From contig NC_087436.1 of NCBI RefSeq assembly GCF_036321535.1, positions 73,658,001 to 73,722,000 of the forward strand: a stretch of 64,000 nucleotides of DNA. Reading direction: 5' to 3'. This DNA is from Camelus dromedarius (Eukaryota). Of this stretch, positions 12,714 to 25,775 are shown piece after piece (positions within the stretch are counted from its first letter, which is position 1; every line of letters starts with the position of its first letter). A program made the translations under genes and the position numbers. The notes beneath the pieces were generated by a model, which was not told where the DNA came from, made no database searches, and was given only the letters and a program-made list of their open reading frames with translations.

Positions 12714-15700
12714 AATCTGCCAGCCAGGAGGGAAGTCCAGGTGAAGCTTTTGCCCTAGGTTCTCGGCCCCTTGCTGGTATTGAGAGCCTGTGGACAAGTC
12801 CAAGCAGCTGCCTGGTCCCTCTATCACAGGGACCGTTCCCCTGGACTTCCCTGCAAGATGCCGCCGACTTTCAGTGCTTAGTTTCATTCTGCAGCGAAGA
12901 GACAGCTTTGGGGTTGCAATATGTCTTTTGGGTGAGAAACCTTGTTAAAGCAACACCCCTGTGCCTAGACCATTTGGCAGTCCTGAAAGGACTTTCTGTC
13001 TACTCCGCCTTAATAGTTAAGAACTGGCAGCTGGGGACTCGGCCTCCCGGCGACTGCAGCAAGGACCCTCGCGAAGGTTCTGTTGCGGTGACCACTGGAA
13101 GCAAAGCCCGTTCGAAATGGCAAATGTTAATTCCGTCCCCGTTTGTAGCCCTCTGGCTGCATTTCCAAAACTGAGAAGACTTTCAGTTATGAATCCATGG
13201 AGAAGAGATCTTTTTTGGCAGCACTGCATGGCCACAATATCCTTTAGATTTTTGCAGCTGTATTTATTTTGTAAATGGGAAGAAAAATGGGATGAAATAC
13301 CTTACGTACAGTCTTTTATTATTGTATCAGTATAAACCTGTGCAAAGAAAATGTAAGATTATGATCCAATAGGAAGGGAAGGCAAAGAAACCTGTTTTGC
13401 TTGATTTTAATGAAAAGGAGGATGCCTTGCTGTCAGTTCGGTCAGACACCCCAACTGCTCCTCCTCCCCCTTACGGGACGGTGTTGCTCTTCCATTGCCA
13501 GCACGTGAGCCTCAGGCTTGGGCCCCTCACCTTGATCTCTAAGGATCCAGAAATAGGGATGGTCTCCGACATACCCAGCAGGGTACTCGATTTGGCCAAG
13601 GATCTACCCAAACTCATAAGGGGCAATATCTGTTCAGGTAAGTTCCCACTGAGGGTGTGAATTCTGAGTTGGGCAGCCAATGGGATTGACCTGGTTCCAC
13701 TCTCCTTTTCCTACTTCGCATTTATTTAATTGGAAGAACAAAACACGAACCTACAGAGATGATCCAAAGAGAATGGAAAATCTTTTTTTCATTGACTTTT
13801 GCAACCTATAACCCAGCCTGAGCAGATGTTTTTAATCGATGTTTTGCAACCTGGGTAAATGTATTAAACACCCTCCTCACTTCAGAAGAATGTAGAATGA
13901 TGCTGGATGAAGCTGGGGAGGAGATAGATCGGCTTCATACAGAAACCCCTCCCTGGCCACCCAGTGTGGGCTGCAGCAAGCATAGCTGGACTAACAGCAG
14001 ATACTAACTGGGATGTGGATGCTGAGGATAGGTCAAAACTTGAACATTATCGAGATTGCCTTCTTGCTAGATTGCAAAGAAGGGGACAAAACAAGCCTTT
14101 AATAAAGTACAGGAGGTAAAACAGAAACTGAATGAGGATCCTTCAGAATTTCTAGAAAGGTCTTTAAAGCCTAAAGGCAGTATACAGTTACAGAGCCTGA
14201 GGCCCCAGAGAATTTAAACATGGTTAATATGTCACTTACTGGTCAGCGCACCCCCCGCCCCCATACACAGAAGAAACTGAAAAAGGTGGAAAGGGCTGTA
14301 AGGATGCCTATGTCTCAACTGGATGAAATGCCATTAAAGTTTTTAATGGCAGAGACCAGGTTCAGGAGAAAAGGGAACAGTGAAGAAGGAAACAGGCCAC
14401 TCTGCTTGTGGCTGCCTTAACACAGGGAGGAGCCCCATGAGGGACTCAGCAAAAGTTAGGAAGCCCCAAGCTTCCACTCAAGTGTGGCACCTGATAGTGA
14501 GACCCACCAGTGTGTATACTGTAAACAGGAGCGACAGCAGAAAAGAGAGTCCCATCCTAAACAGAACTCTCAGAAAAGGTAAACAACAGGTGGCATGCCA
14601 GGTGCCCAAGCTGAGAATGGCAGTGATCAAGAATGACGGGTCCCAGGGGTTCCTTTCAATCCCAGCGAGCCCATCAGCATCTCCCCTGCAGACCCCTGGG
14701 TAACTACGACAGTGGGAAGTCAACTTTTGGATTTTCTGATCCATATGGGGCCACTTAGTTTTAAATACCTGGCTTTCTGAACTTTCTTCTGAGACTATGT
14801 TAGTAACTGGGGTATCTGGGAAACCTTGAAAAAGACTTCTGCTGCTAGACCATCCGTTGGGAAAAACCCATTTGAAGGTTAGCTTTTCCCATTCCCCTTC
14901 TGGGACGAGATTTACTAAGTAAATTTAATGCCAAGGTTACCTTTGTACCTGGATGAATAGACGTTAAAGTACCACCAGAGAAGGCGTGCACATTGCAGGC
15001 TCTATTGAGCCAACCCAAAGAGAACACCGGCAACCATTCTGGATGAAATACTGCAGAAGGTGAGTCTGGAGGTTTGGGCGTATGGGAGGCTGGGGAGAGC
15101 CAAGATGGCTAAACCCATACAGGTTAGGATTTGCCCTGGGGCAAAAATCCAAATTTAAAGCAGTACCTGTTGAAGGAATAGGCAAAGCATGGAGTTCAAC
15201 CGCTGCTAAACACCTTCCTCAAATATGATTTAATACGCCCCTGCCAGTCACCTTACAATGCTCCAGTTTTACGAGTCCAGAAACCAGGCACAGATGATTA
15301 TCAGTTTGTTCATGACTTAAGAAATTGTAAGATATCAAATTGTAGAAGATATTGATTGAGTAGTCCCTAACCCATCCACTCTGCTCACTGCTTGTCCTGA
15401 GACTTTTGTTGGTTTACCATGCTGGAGTTAAAGGATGCCTGTTTTGGTATCTGCTTGGGTTTTGAATCCCAAGAATTGTTTGCTTTCAAATGGGAATATC
15501 TAGATACAAAAGTGAAAGCACTGCTGGGCAGTACTTCCTTGGGGATTTAAAAATTTCCCCACAATATTTGGAGAAATTCTGGCAAAAGCTTTGAGGGACA
15601 CTTAACTAAATGAGGGAGCCCTGATCCAGTATGTGGATGATATTCTGATTGTTTGTAAGACCAAAGACACTGCCGACCAAAATATGGTTTTGACTTTGAA

Positions 15701-18070
15701 CTCTTTTGGTTGAATGAGGCTGTAAGGTGTCCAAGAAGAAGGCACAAGTTTCTTAGTCCTCTGTTAAGTGTTTGAGTTTTGAACTCTCACAAGGACAGAG
15801 AGACTTGCTCCCTGCCAGAGAGAATCTCTAGCCAGGGCCACAGTTCCCACTGCTAAGTGGCAACTGCAGGGATTCCTGGGAAAAACTGGATTCTGCTGCA
15901 TTTGGATCCCCAACTTTGGACTCATAGCAAAACCCTTTTAGGAAGCTCTTAAAGGAAGAGACAGTAAACCTTTAGATTGGACTGGGGAATGCCATAAGGC
16001 ACTCCTGGCTATCAAAGAAAAACTGCTAACTGCCTCTGCTGTAGGTCTTCAAATACCACAAAGCCCCTGGACTTACTTGTTCATGAGAGATAACGAATCA
16101 GCCTTGGAGTCCTGATGGAACCTGGGCAGCATAAGGATGCCTGCTGCATATTTCTCAAAGCAATTAGATACTGTCACTAAGGAATGGGCAGTTTGCCTTC
16201 GAGCGATGGCAGCTACCTGTGATATTTTACAAGCAGAGAAATTTACACTAGGACAGCCTACCACACTGTCTACCTCTCCTCCTAGAACAGAAGGGAGGAC
16301 ACTGGTTAGCTTCAGGAAGATTAAGAAAATATCAGACTATTATTATTGGATAATCCTACTGTTACTCTGAAAGCAGTCTCCACCATGAATCCTGCCACTT
16401 TGCTCTGAATACTGAAGACTCTGTGCATAACGGATGTTCAGCTAATTGAACAGGTCTGTTCCAGTGGTCTCAACCTGCTGGACCAGCCATTGGAGAGCCA
16501 ACACGTTGAGATGTTCACAGATGGGAGGAGCTTCACAGACCAGGAACAATGCAGAGCCAGGTGTGGGTTGACTCATGAAAAGATACTGGAAGCAGAAGCC
16601 ATTCTCTCAGGTACCTCCGCGCAAAAGGCAGAACCTACACCCCTGATGAGAGCCCTCCATCTCTCTCGGTAAGGATAAGAGAGTAACTATTTTCACTGAT
16701 TATAAAATATGCTTTCTTGGTGTCCATGCCCATGAGGCCATTTGGAGACAGACAGGACTGTTACTACAGGGAAGAAGGGAATTAAACATGCCGAGGAAGT
16801 TTTAACCTTATTAGAAGCTGTCATGGAGTCAAAAGAATTAGCTCTTGTCTACTGTCCAGGACATCAGAGATCAGACTGTCTGACTGCTCAAGGGAATAAT
16901 CTAGCGGGTCAAGTAGCAAAGCTAGCAGCCAGGACTAAAACACCTAGATTCGCAATATTGGCCCCGATCCCCAATGTGGATCTGACAATATGCTATCCAA
17001 TGTATTCTCCTGCAGGCTTGGAAAGGGCCAATGAGTGGGGATCTGACTGGGGTCCTGGCCATTCTCAGGATGCTAAGTATAAGAATGGTGGGTTTATAAT
17101 AGACAAGGCAAGGTCCTTGGATCTGAACACCTGATGGAAGAGGTTATAAGTTATATGCACCAGAGTACCCATGATGGGAGAGACGCCACCCTCCAGTGGA
17201 TTCAGACATTCATTATAGGATCAAACATGCAAAGGACAATTCAAATGGTGACACAGAAATGCACGATCTGTGCTAAAAGTAATCCTAAAACTGGGCCACT
17301 GCCGTTAACCAGCAGAGCCACTGGAAACCTTAGGTACTTGGTAGTACTTGTGGACACTTCTACCAGTTGGGTAGAAGCATTTCCTTGCCAGTGAAAATGC
17401 TTCTGACATTGTTTGAGTCCTACTAAAAGAAATAATTCCTAAGTGTGGGCTACCTATGTCCATTTGGAGTGTCAATGGAGGGGACTTTATAGCAGGAATA
17501 ACTGAAGAAGTATCTGGAGCCTTAAACCTTCCTTGGAAATGACAAGCTTCTTGGCCACCCCAATCTACTGGCAAGATGGAAAAGATGAATTTTACTCTCA
17601 AAAAGACTCTAGCTAAAATTTGTCAGGAGATTAACTTAACCTGGGATGAAGCCTCATCAGTTGCCTGGCTTTAAGTGAAGGTAGCCCCTAAAAGCAAACT
17701 CCAATTGCGCCCCTATGAAACATTGTGTGAGAGAGACTTCCTATGTTCCAGACATGGTTTGAGATCCAGAAGGAACTCAAATTAAGGAACTTAGATACTG
17801 TCAGGTATGTAGAATAACTAGAAGCCACTCTGCTATACATCAGTTTGCTTCTAGCAAGTTAATGTTTCCCACAGATGTTCCCTGCACCACTTCTGTCCTA
17901 GAGACCAAGTCCTGTGGAAATCTTGGAAGAATAAACATCTAGAAGACCAGCTGCATCCTCACTGAGCCAGACCTCATGAGATGCTACACATGACTCATTC
18001 CTTGGTGAAGCTGAAGGGAATTAAGCCATGGATCCATCACACGTGAGTTAAGAACCACCACGTCCTGTCT
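12714..18070 (+). mobile_element. decayed gammaretrovirus-like ERV internal region gag-pro-pol in PPEF2 intron 10
   Basis: LQLYLFCKWEEKWDEIPYVQ (MA), EDPSEFLER (MHR), CVYCK knuckle, TGA-CGG gag/pol junction at 14634, QYVDDIL RT, FTDG/SAQKAE/CPGHQ RNase H, HQSTH..CTIC and VDTSTSWVEAFP integrase, GIKPWIHHT end; many stops and frameshifts. Confidence 0.93.
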
Positions 18071-19188
18071 ACAGGAATGGACTACAGTCTGACCAGCGGG
18101 ACGAGAGCAGAAGAGAAGCATGCAGCTTCTTCATCGTGTCTTTAAAGGGCAGGAATAGTCTCCCTTCCCTTCCTCTGTCATATTGCTTGAAACACAGATG
18201 CGGTGGCAAGCCACTTTGAGCTGTGCAGATGAGGGCATGGGAATGACAGGCACCCTAAGGATGGCAGAGTAACAAGACTTAAGGAGCCTTGGCCCTGGAC
18301 AACATGTTCCAAGAAGTACATGTTCCAAGATTCAAACCCAGGTCTGTTAGACTCTAAAGCCATACTCTCATTTATGTCTCAGATAGCTTAGAATTTTATG
18401 TCAATTAGAGTTGCCCAAAGTAGCCTGGCTTGTGTAATGAGTTCTGTCTTTGGAATTGCTCAGGCTAACTGCTGGGATTCCTGTGCGGATGGGCAGTTAG
18501 AGGAGAGAGGCTGTAAGATACCATTCAAGTGTGAGAGCCTGTGATGAAAAGAAAATAGAAATCTTTGCTTTCTAGTTTCCCACCTCCAAAATGAGACAGA
18601 AAATAGAGACCTCTTAGTAGAGACCTATCAGTATGGGGCTACCACATATTCTGGCTTTCACTCTCCCCTGCCCCTTGCTGGTTATTGCATGTTTGTTTAG
18701 GGCAAGCACCATCTCTGGGTATTTTTGTATCTCGGCTAGCACTTCCCTTGCACCTGGTAAGCACTTAAAACATAGTTGTTGAGTTTAACTGCAGGTGATC
18801 TCATCTTTGTATCTGCCAATAGCATCCTCCATGCATGAGGCAGATAAACTCAATACACATTTGAGTTTAATTGAAGATGTGAATTATTTAGGAACTGGAG
18901 GCACTTCAGGTGGCAGTGATCAGAACTGCCCATATCAAGGATGGCCAACAGATGGCACTAGCTGCCACTCCCCACTGTCATGTCCATGGCAAACACTAAC
19001 TGATCACAGCACACTTGCTCCAGCTGTAGAGTCCCAAGCTTTCTCCTTTCAATGATTTAACGGATTCTCTTAACATCCCTTATTGGTCAACTGGAGTCAC
19101 CATGGAGTCAGGATGACATTTATTTTATATTGGCAGTGATGCTGGGCATTATGGTGAAATCTGCACTATTTCAGCACTCAGTCAGTAC

Positions 19189-19338
19189 CTTGTGCCTGTC
19201 TAGTTTGGCCAAGAGCTCCAAGTCAGTAGTGTCTGACACTCCACCATGAAGAATCAGGACTTTCTCATCAACCAGAGTGGCCAGGGGAAGCAAACAGAAC
19301 ACATCTTGTAGTATTTTAAGTATTTTCTTGCCGTGTAT
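19189..19338 (-). CDS. PPEF2: PPEF2 exon 10 IHGKKIL...LHGGVSD...DRHK
   Basis: tttcag| and |gtactg, 150 nt. Confidence 0.95.
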
Positions 19339-19431
19339 CTGAAAAATGATATCAACAAGGTATTATTAAGTGTCAAATAATTCACTCAACTTATCTGAAC
19401 TAAGAAACTTTTGCTTTTAAAGGCAATGTAC

Positions 19432-19468
19432 CTTATATTTTTGCATCACTTCCTTGGTGAAGCCGTAT
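19432..19468 (-). CDS. PPEF2: PPEF2 exon 9 YGFTKEVMQKYK
   Basis: tgtag| and |gtacat, 37 nt. Confidence 0.94.
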
Positions 19469-19923
19469 CTACAGTTAGAAGGAAAAATAGATATTTTGTG
19501 ACAATAGTTACAGCACAATTGCACTTTTATAAAAAATGTATGTTCAATATGCATCTACTCACACATATAGAAAAGAGACTGAGAAATAGTTGCCAAAATG
19601 TTTACAGCTGTAACATTATCTCTGTGTAGAGAAGTTATGGGATATTTTAATTTTCTTTTGCTTATCTGTATTTTCTACTTTTTCCATAGTGTTCTATATT
19701 ATTGTTTACATGATAAAGTATATGGATATGTGAAAACAAATTTAATCATTAAAATAGTAGGATAAAGTGTAAATTAAAAAAATCTTTCAAAATGGTATAT
19801 ATTGTGCATTCCACTTTATAAAATTGGAAGACTGCTTTAAAAAGGCATCTACCAAATAAGCTCTGGTAAAATACCTATTCACAATCACAAAAAGTAAATC
19901 CCCAAGCCTGTTTGGCTTTGTAC

Positions 19924-20090
19924 CGTAAGTTCACCATATGGTCCTCATGGTTTCCTCGGTTAAGATGGAATTCTTTTGGGTAAACCAACATGAAGGCAAA
20001 GAGAATCATCAGGATCTCTATGGAATCCTTCCCTCGATCCACAAAGTCGCCGTTGAACACATAGGCCCGCTCTGGTGATGGGAGACCATT
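19924..20090 (-). CDS. PPEF2: PPEF2 exon 8 NGLPS...GDFVDRG...RGNHED
   Basis: catalytic motifs; acceptor gggaag|, donor |gtacaa, 167 nt. Confidence 0.95.
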
Positions 20091-20475
20091 CTTCCCAACA
20101 AGGAGACAGGTCCAAGAAGAGGCAGCAGAAGAAAGGGAACAGGAAATCAAGTCAAGCCAATGAGCATCTGACAGTCACATCAGGTCTAAAAGCCAGTTCT
20201 GTGCTGTCTGTCTCTCTTCCAAACATGAAATGTCAGTTAAGAGATGGAAATATTTTCTATTGGTCTCGTAATTACTTTCTAGCCAGGCTGAGGTTATGAC
20301 ATGCTCACCAAAATAGCTGCTTTATCCAAAGCCGTGGTGTTGTCATTTGGTGTGTGCAAAGGACACTGATCTTGTAATTCCAATGCCAGTTTTAAGTTCT
20401 GGCCACTCTCTCTTTAGCACTAAAAACAATAGTGGCCATAGATTTCTCAGGATTAAACAAGACAATAGGTCAGAA

Positions 20476-20633
<158 letters not shown>

Positions 20634-21001
20634 CAAAGTAATACTACATTTATAGAATATATGCCTTGTTATATACTCTGTACTTGATAATTAAAAATAA
20701 ACATGAAAATAATTCTCAGTTGCTTTGGTAATAAAGGAAATTGTTTACTTAGTTATGAATTTTCTTTTTTCCAAATAATGATTCTCTTTAACTTGAGATT
20801 TTGTATTTTTAAAACAGTTTACAAAAATACACTAGAATATAATGCAATGATGGATTTTACATTATGCATTTCTACATAGTAGCAAATATTAAAATATTTT
20901 GAAACCCCAATAATACTTAAGCATTTGTTTACTAGCTACTATATTTGAACTTCTGAAGTAAGCCTCAGAGCAAGACAGGAACTTAATTTGAGCATTCATA
21001 C

Positions 21002-21048
21002 CTTATAAAATATAAATATTAAGTCATCCAACTGGCCGTGTAAATCTC
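21002..21048 (-). CDS. PPEF2: PPEF2 exon 7 GDLHGQLDDLIFIFYK
   Basis: PPP metal-binding GDxHG motif; ttag| and |gtatga, 47 nt. Confidence 0.96.
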
Positions 21049-21347
21049 CTAACAAAGACAGAAAAAAATGTCAGTTTTGGTTGGTCCTCACCAGTTTCTG
21101 GTTTTTACTATAAAAAGGAAAATACCCAGTGTGTGTCAAAAACTATTACAAGGTTATGGCAATTATATCTCAATTTAAATTAGAAGGAAAATATTCAGGA
21201 AAACCTGACAAACTTACGGTTACTCGTTTTCCCACATGTAAGATGGGGATAAATAGTAACTTCCCTTACTGATGGGACAGTTAATGTTGAAAGCAGAAAG
21301 CACAATATTTCTTCTGTGTGACTATCATAAACAGTAAATGACCTTTA

Positions 21348-21450
21348 TGGGGGGTGGCGACAATTTTTTAAATGAAGGTACTGGGGATTGAACCCAGGAC
21401 CTCCTGCATGCTAAGCATTCACTGTACTACTGAGCTATACCCTCCCCCCA
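21348..21450 (-). mobile_element. tRNA-derived SINE (Vic-1-like)
   Basis: reverse complement of the same head; TSD aatgacct(t/a)ta. Confidence 0.88.
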
Positions 21451-22223
21451 ACAATGACCTATATTTTGACTGAAGCAAAATGGGACCAAATAGTGCAGGG
21501 CTGCAAACCAGGATGAGAACTGGAGAGAGTCTTGCCTCATCTAAAGTAGGAAGCTGCTACTCACCTAAGGGCCAGAGTTACAAGATTTTTCAAGAATTTG
21601 GAAATCTGGATTTTAGTATGACATCTCCAATTTTCCAATGTTGGAAGTTAACTTTAGAAACTTAAGAACATTTTCAGGCAGATAAGACATATTTCCAGGC
21701 TGCATGTGGCCTTAGAAGTGCTGGTTTACAGTCCCTGGTGCATTACAGTCTCCCCTGAGTTCCACTGTGGGGTGTCGGCCTATAACGGGTATTCAAATGT
21801 CACTGAAAACACAAGGAGATAGAGAAGACTGACATTCACAGGATTTCTTTCTGGAAGAAAAATACACGTGGATGGAAGGAATAATGCTAGGCATTCAGGC
21901 CTGTTCGAATACAATAAATAAATTGTCTTCTAACAAGGGATGGTCTGGTTATTTGCTGAGATTTTGTTCTGAATGGAGAGCATGAGTTTGGGGTCAAATC
22001 TGCATCTCTTCGGAAAGTAAGGAGGAGGCTGGGCCATCTCACCCCACAGGTCTGGTCCCACAGGCCACCTCTCCTTTCAATAACTGTGGAGTAAATATGT
22101 AAATGTAATCGATGTGGAGATATGAACCTGGCCTGCCCACGTGGCCGTCAGGCCCGCTCCCCCATCACAGGCAGTTTTCTGGTTCGTGTCCAGCACGGAG
22201 AGCCGTCTCTGACTGGCTCTTAC

Positions 22224-22338
22224 CACACACTGTGATCTCCTCGCTGTAGCAGGTGGAGAGCCGGCTGATGTTCGGCAGTTGTACCAGATGTCTCCTGGCT
22301 TCGTGCAAAAGATTCAGGACGTAGCGAGCATGCAGCCT
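22224..22338 (-). CDS. PPEF2: PPEF2 exon 6 RLHARYVLNLL...EEITVC
   Basis: tgtag| and |gtaaga, 115 nt, manual translation. Confidence 0.95.
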
Positions 22339-22739
22339 CTACAAGGAGGATGAGGAAGGAGGGTACAAAGTAACATGCATCGTGAGGGAAGACGGGCCTC
22401 ACCTTTACTGCTCAATGACCCTGGACCCCAAAAGTGAGCCTAGTCAACTGCTCCTGGGACCCTATGCATAGATCCTTTTTCACCATCTTCTGCCTTGTTT
22501 GTGCTTTTCATCATCCCCCAAATACCGAACCGATATCCTTGATCCCGTCTGTGCTGTGTGACCCTTCCATGCCTTCAGCTCTGGAGAAACACATGACTGT
22601 CTCAGCCAAGTGTGTATAAGTGTGTGTATGCTGACGGCATGAGTCACCCTGACGTTACTGGGAAAGCCATCCCAACTCCTCCCGCAGTGAGTTATCTTCA
22701 CATGAACATGGGGAAGGACTGAAATCTGGCATAAAGCCA

Positions 22740-23440
22740 GAGTCTGACCACTTCTCACCGCCTCCACCCCTGTCACCAGGGTTTTAAGCCACTACCATTT
22801 TTTGCCTGGACTATGGCAGTAGTCCCTTAACTGGCCTCCCTGCCTCATTCAGCCTCTGTTCCCTACACTCTATTCAGCAAACAGAATGATTATTTTAAAA
22901 AGCAAGCTGGATTATATCATTCCTGTGCTCAATGTCTCCCCATCACTTTCAGAAGAATGGAAGTCCACGCAACCCACCTCTCTGCCTCCAGCTCCTAAGA
23001 GCTGTCCCCTGGCTCCCTCCTCTCCAGCCACAAGGACCTTTCTGCCGTTTCTGAGTGGTCCAGGCAAGGTCCTTCCTGCCTCAGGATCTTTCCATTTGTT
23101 CCCTCTGCCTGGAAGGCTTTCCCCAGACGCCCACACAGCACACGCTCTCACCACCTTCGACCTCTGCTCAGAAATCACCTTTTCAGTGACACCTTCCACT
23201 TGTAAAACTGGCATCTATCTCTGCCACCTAGAACTGAGCTTATGCTCTGACACAGTTCTTATCACCTAATATATTATGTAATTTACTTATTTGTTACTAT
23301 TTATGGCCCTTCTCCACCCTAGAATGTCAGCCCCATGAGGGCAGAGATTGTGTCTGTCTTGGTCACCGCTATATCCCCAGTGCCTAGAGCAGTGCCTGCA
23401 CACAGCCGCACTCAGTAATCACCTGCAGGATAAATGAACA
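22740..23440 (+). mobile_element. L2 3' region
   Basis: tagaatgtcagccccatgagggcag..ccccagtgcctagagcagtgcctg..ctcagtaa..ataaatgaa. Confidence 0.8.
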
Positions 23441-23653
23441 AAGTGATTACATGTTAGGAGGATGGGCTTTCAACACATAAAAACTGGCTGATCAACCACA
23501 AGTTCCCGGCTAAGAAAAGGGCAAGTGGAATCTCTCTAATGGACCCGTGACACAAACATCCTACCCTCAGGGCCATTTCTTTGGCATCGAGTCTGCTCTC
23601 CTCCTGTGTTACGTGGAATTGGTGGGGATCCGGGTCCCCCGGGGGGAGCTTAC

Positions 23654-23829
23654 TTGTTTCAGTCTGAAAGCTTCCACCAGGGCAGTTGCATGGTCGGGAA
23701 GGAGCGGGAAGGACAGGCGAGGCCCCGTGTAACTGTCTGGTACCTCGATGGACTCATAGTCACTGCTCTTCTCCATCTCAGAGTCCTGCGGAGATCTCTC
23801 CTCGGTGAACATGCGGTTCAGGAAGTCCC
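23654..23829 (-). CDS. PPEF2: PPEF2 exon 5 DFLNRMFTEE...EAFRLKQ
   Basis: tag| and |gtaagc, 176 nt; ORF 23609-23812. Confidence 0.95.
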
Positions 23830-24677
23830 CTAGTCGGGATGGAAAGGGTGGGCCGGCTTATGATCAGACCTGCAGTCACGGGCAATACAGAATCCGTTCC
23901 CTGGACTGTGCTTGAAGTGGGACCTGGCCAGTCTGGCATCGGCTCCAACACAGGAGAGGAGAAAGGAAGCGGCGAAGTGATGACAAAGTAGGATGGGTGG
24001 GAAAGTGGTTATCTTATGATGTCAGTTCTATTCATTGACTTAGAAAGTTCAGAAATTTAGGGGCCTAGGTTTGTAAGCAGGAGGAAAGGGAAAACCGTGG
24101 TGGAAAAAGAGTTCACAGGCAAGTGCAGGTGTCGTGGCAGATGCCTCAGACTTTCAGTGCTGTTCAGGCAGTTAATTTCCAAATGCCTGCCCCTGCATCT
24201 CCGCCTGAGGGATTTTTTCCTGGCTCTGAAGAGAGCCCTGCTTGGAGGGCCAGGAAAGTGCGGAGTTAACAACCCTCCCCATTTGCCACTCCCAGCAGCC
24301 TCCTACTCTGACTCTCAGGAGCTGACATATAAAGACCCCAGTTCCCTCTGCCTTCAGGTGGGACACCTCCTAGGCCGTGTTCTGCACTATTTCCCAGGCA
24401 CAGTGGGTTGCAGGTTTAGTAACCTACCCTTTATTGACTGCCTCCCTTTTCTTGAACCCCTTCCCTTCTCCCTCCTCATCCCACCAGTGTTTCTTGTATT
24501 TAACAAGTAAACTCCTTGCACTCCAACTCTCGTCTGCAGGTGTCCTTCTGGGAGAACCATTTGTTTGTCAGCCTCCTCGCTCATTCCCTGGCTCAGTCGC
24601 TGGATTCACATTGTCACATCGTGTGCATCCGCCTTTGACCGAGACAGGATGACGTGCCGGGGGTGGTTCCTACTCAC

Positions 24678-24735
24678 TCTCGTTGTGACTGCTGGGGGTG
24701 AAGTGGTCCACTAGGTAGCTGAAGAAATTGTGGAG
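24678..24735 (-). CDS. PPEF2: PPEF2 exon 4 LHNFFSYLVDHFTPSSHNE
   Basis: cag| and |gtgagt, 58 nt. Confidence 0.95.
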
Positions 24736-24889
24736 CTGCAGAAGAACCCAAGAAGACATGGCTTTACAGACGAATGAAAAGAGAACCCAACAGTGGTCCA
24801 GATCAGCTGCACCTCCTGGGCATCTAGGCCTTTCTGCCCGGGGGATGGAAGGCAGAGCTGGAGGTGGCCCATACCGCATTGCACCATAC

Positions 24890-25017
24890 CTTGACCTGGT
24901 CTTGCTGCCCAGCATACTCTATGGACTGGAAGATGCTCCAGGTGCAGTGCCGCCTCATCTCCAGGCGGGCCATGTAGCGCCGGTACCATCTCTGGATCAG
25001 GGCCGCTGCCTTGAAGG
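24890..25017 (-). CDS. PPEF2: PPEF2 exon 3 (IQ motif [15 protein letters not shown])
   Basis: cag| and |gtatgg boundaries, 128 nt, phase 1-0. Confidence 0.96.
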
Positions 25018-25370
25018 CTGTGACACAGATGGAGAAGGAAGCCTGTGAGCTGGGGCTCCCTGGGCCTGGCGGGGAGGCTGGGGATGCCTCTCCCACTGTA
25101 ACGTGGGGACAAGATGGTGGGGAAAGCACTACCCGTTGCCACTAGTAGGAAGTTTGCCCTACTGCTGGTCAGGGTGCTTTTTTCATTCCTGCCCTCACCC
25201 CAGCTCCATTCTTACCTATTAGTTACGCTAATGTCACTGGAGGATTATTGGAATTCCCACTTTTTGATACAAACATTTATATGTGTAGAGATAGAAAAGG
25301 TTGGATTCTGAGGAGATGGAAACTGGAGAGGTTGCAAGGATGCAGCATCCTTGAAGAGTGGGATGATGCA

Positions 25371-25775
25371 GATACCACCCAGCCAAAAAAGAGTGAAAAT
25401 TTGCCATTTGCAGCAGCATGGATGGATTTCGAAGGCCTCATGCTAAGTGCAATAAGTCAGACAGAGAAAGATAAATATGTGTGACATCACTTACATGTGG
25501 AATCTAAAAAATACAACAAACTAGTGAATATAACAAAAGAGAAGCAGGCTCACAGATACAGAGAACAAACTAGTGGTTACCAGTGGGGAGAGGGGTGGGA
25601 GGGGCAGTACAGGGGTGGGGGAAGGGGAGGCACAAACTTTTGGGTGTAAGATGGGCTCAAGGATGTATTGTACAACACGGGGAATATAGCCACTATTTTG
25701 TAGTGACTGTAAATGGAAAGTAACCTTTAAAATTGTATAAAAATTAAATAAACATATTCAAACACACACAAAAAA
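25371..25775 (+). mobile_element. L1 3' fragment
   Basis: TSD aagagtgg(g)atgatgca at 25354-25370 and 25776-25791. Confidence 0.9.

Noticed and set aside
16742..17394. RNase H and integrase ORFs as a domesticated gene
   Set aside because: Short fragments with surrounding stops, frameshifts, mutated motifs and a core deletion
18300..18330. acatgttccaaga duplicated, resembling p53 half-sites
   Set aside because: Each half has a mismatch, 6-bp spacer, within a MIR relic; likely slippage
19280..19300. PPEF2 FCLLPLA versus recalled human FCWLPLA
   Set aside because: Position is variable across PPP phosphatases; no sign of pseudogenisation
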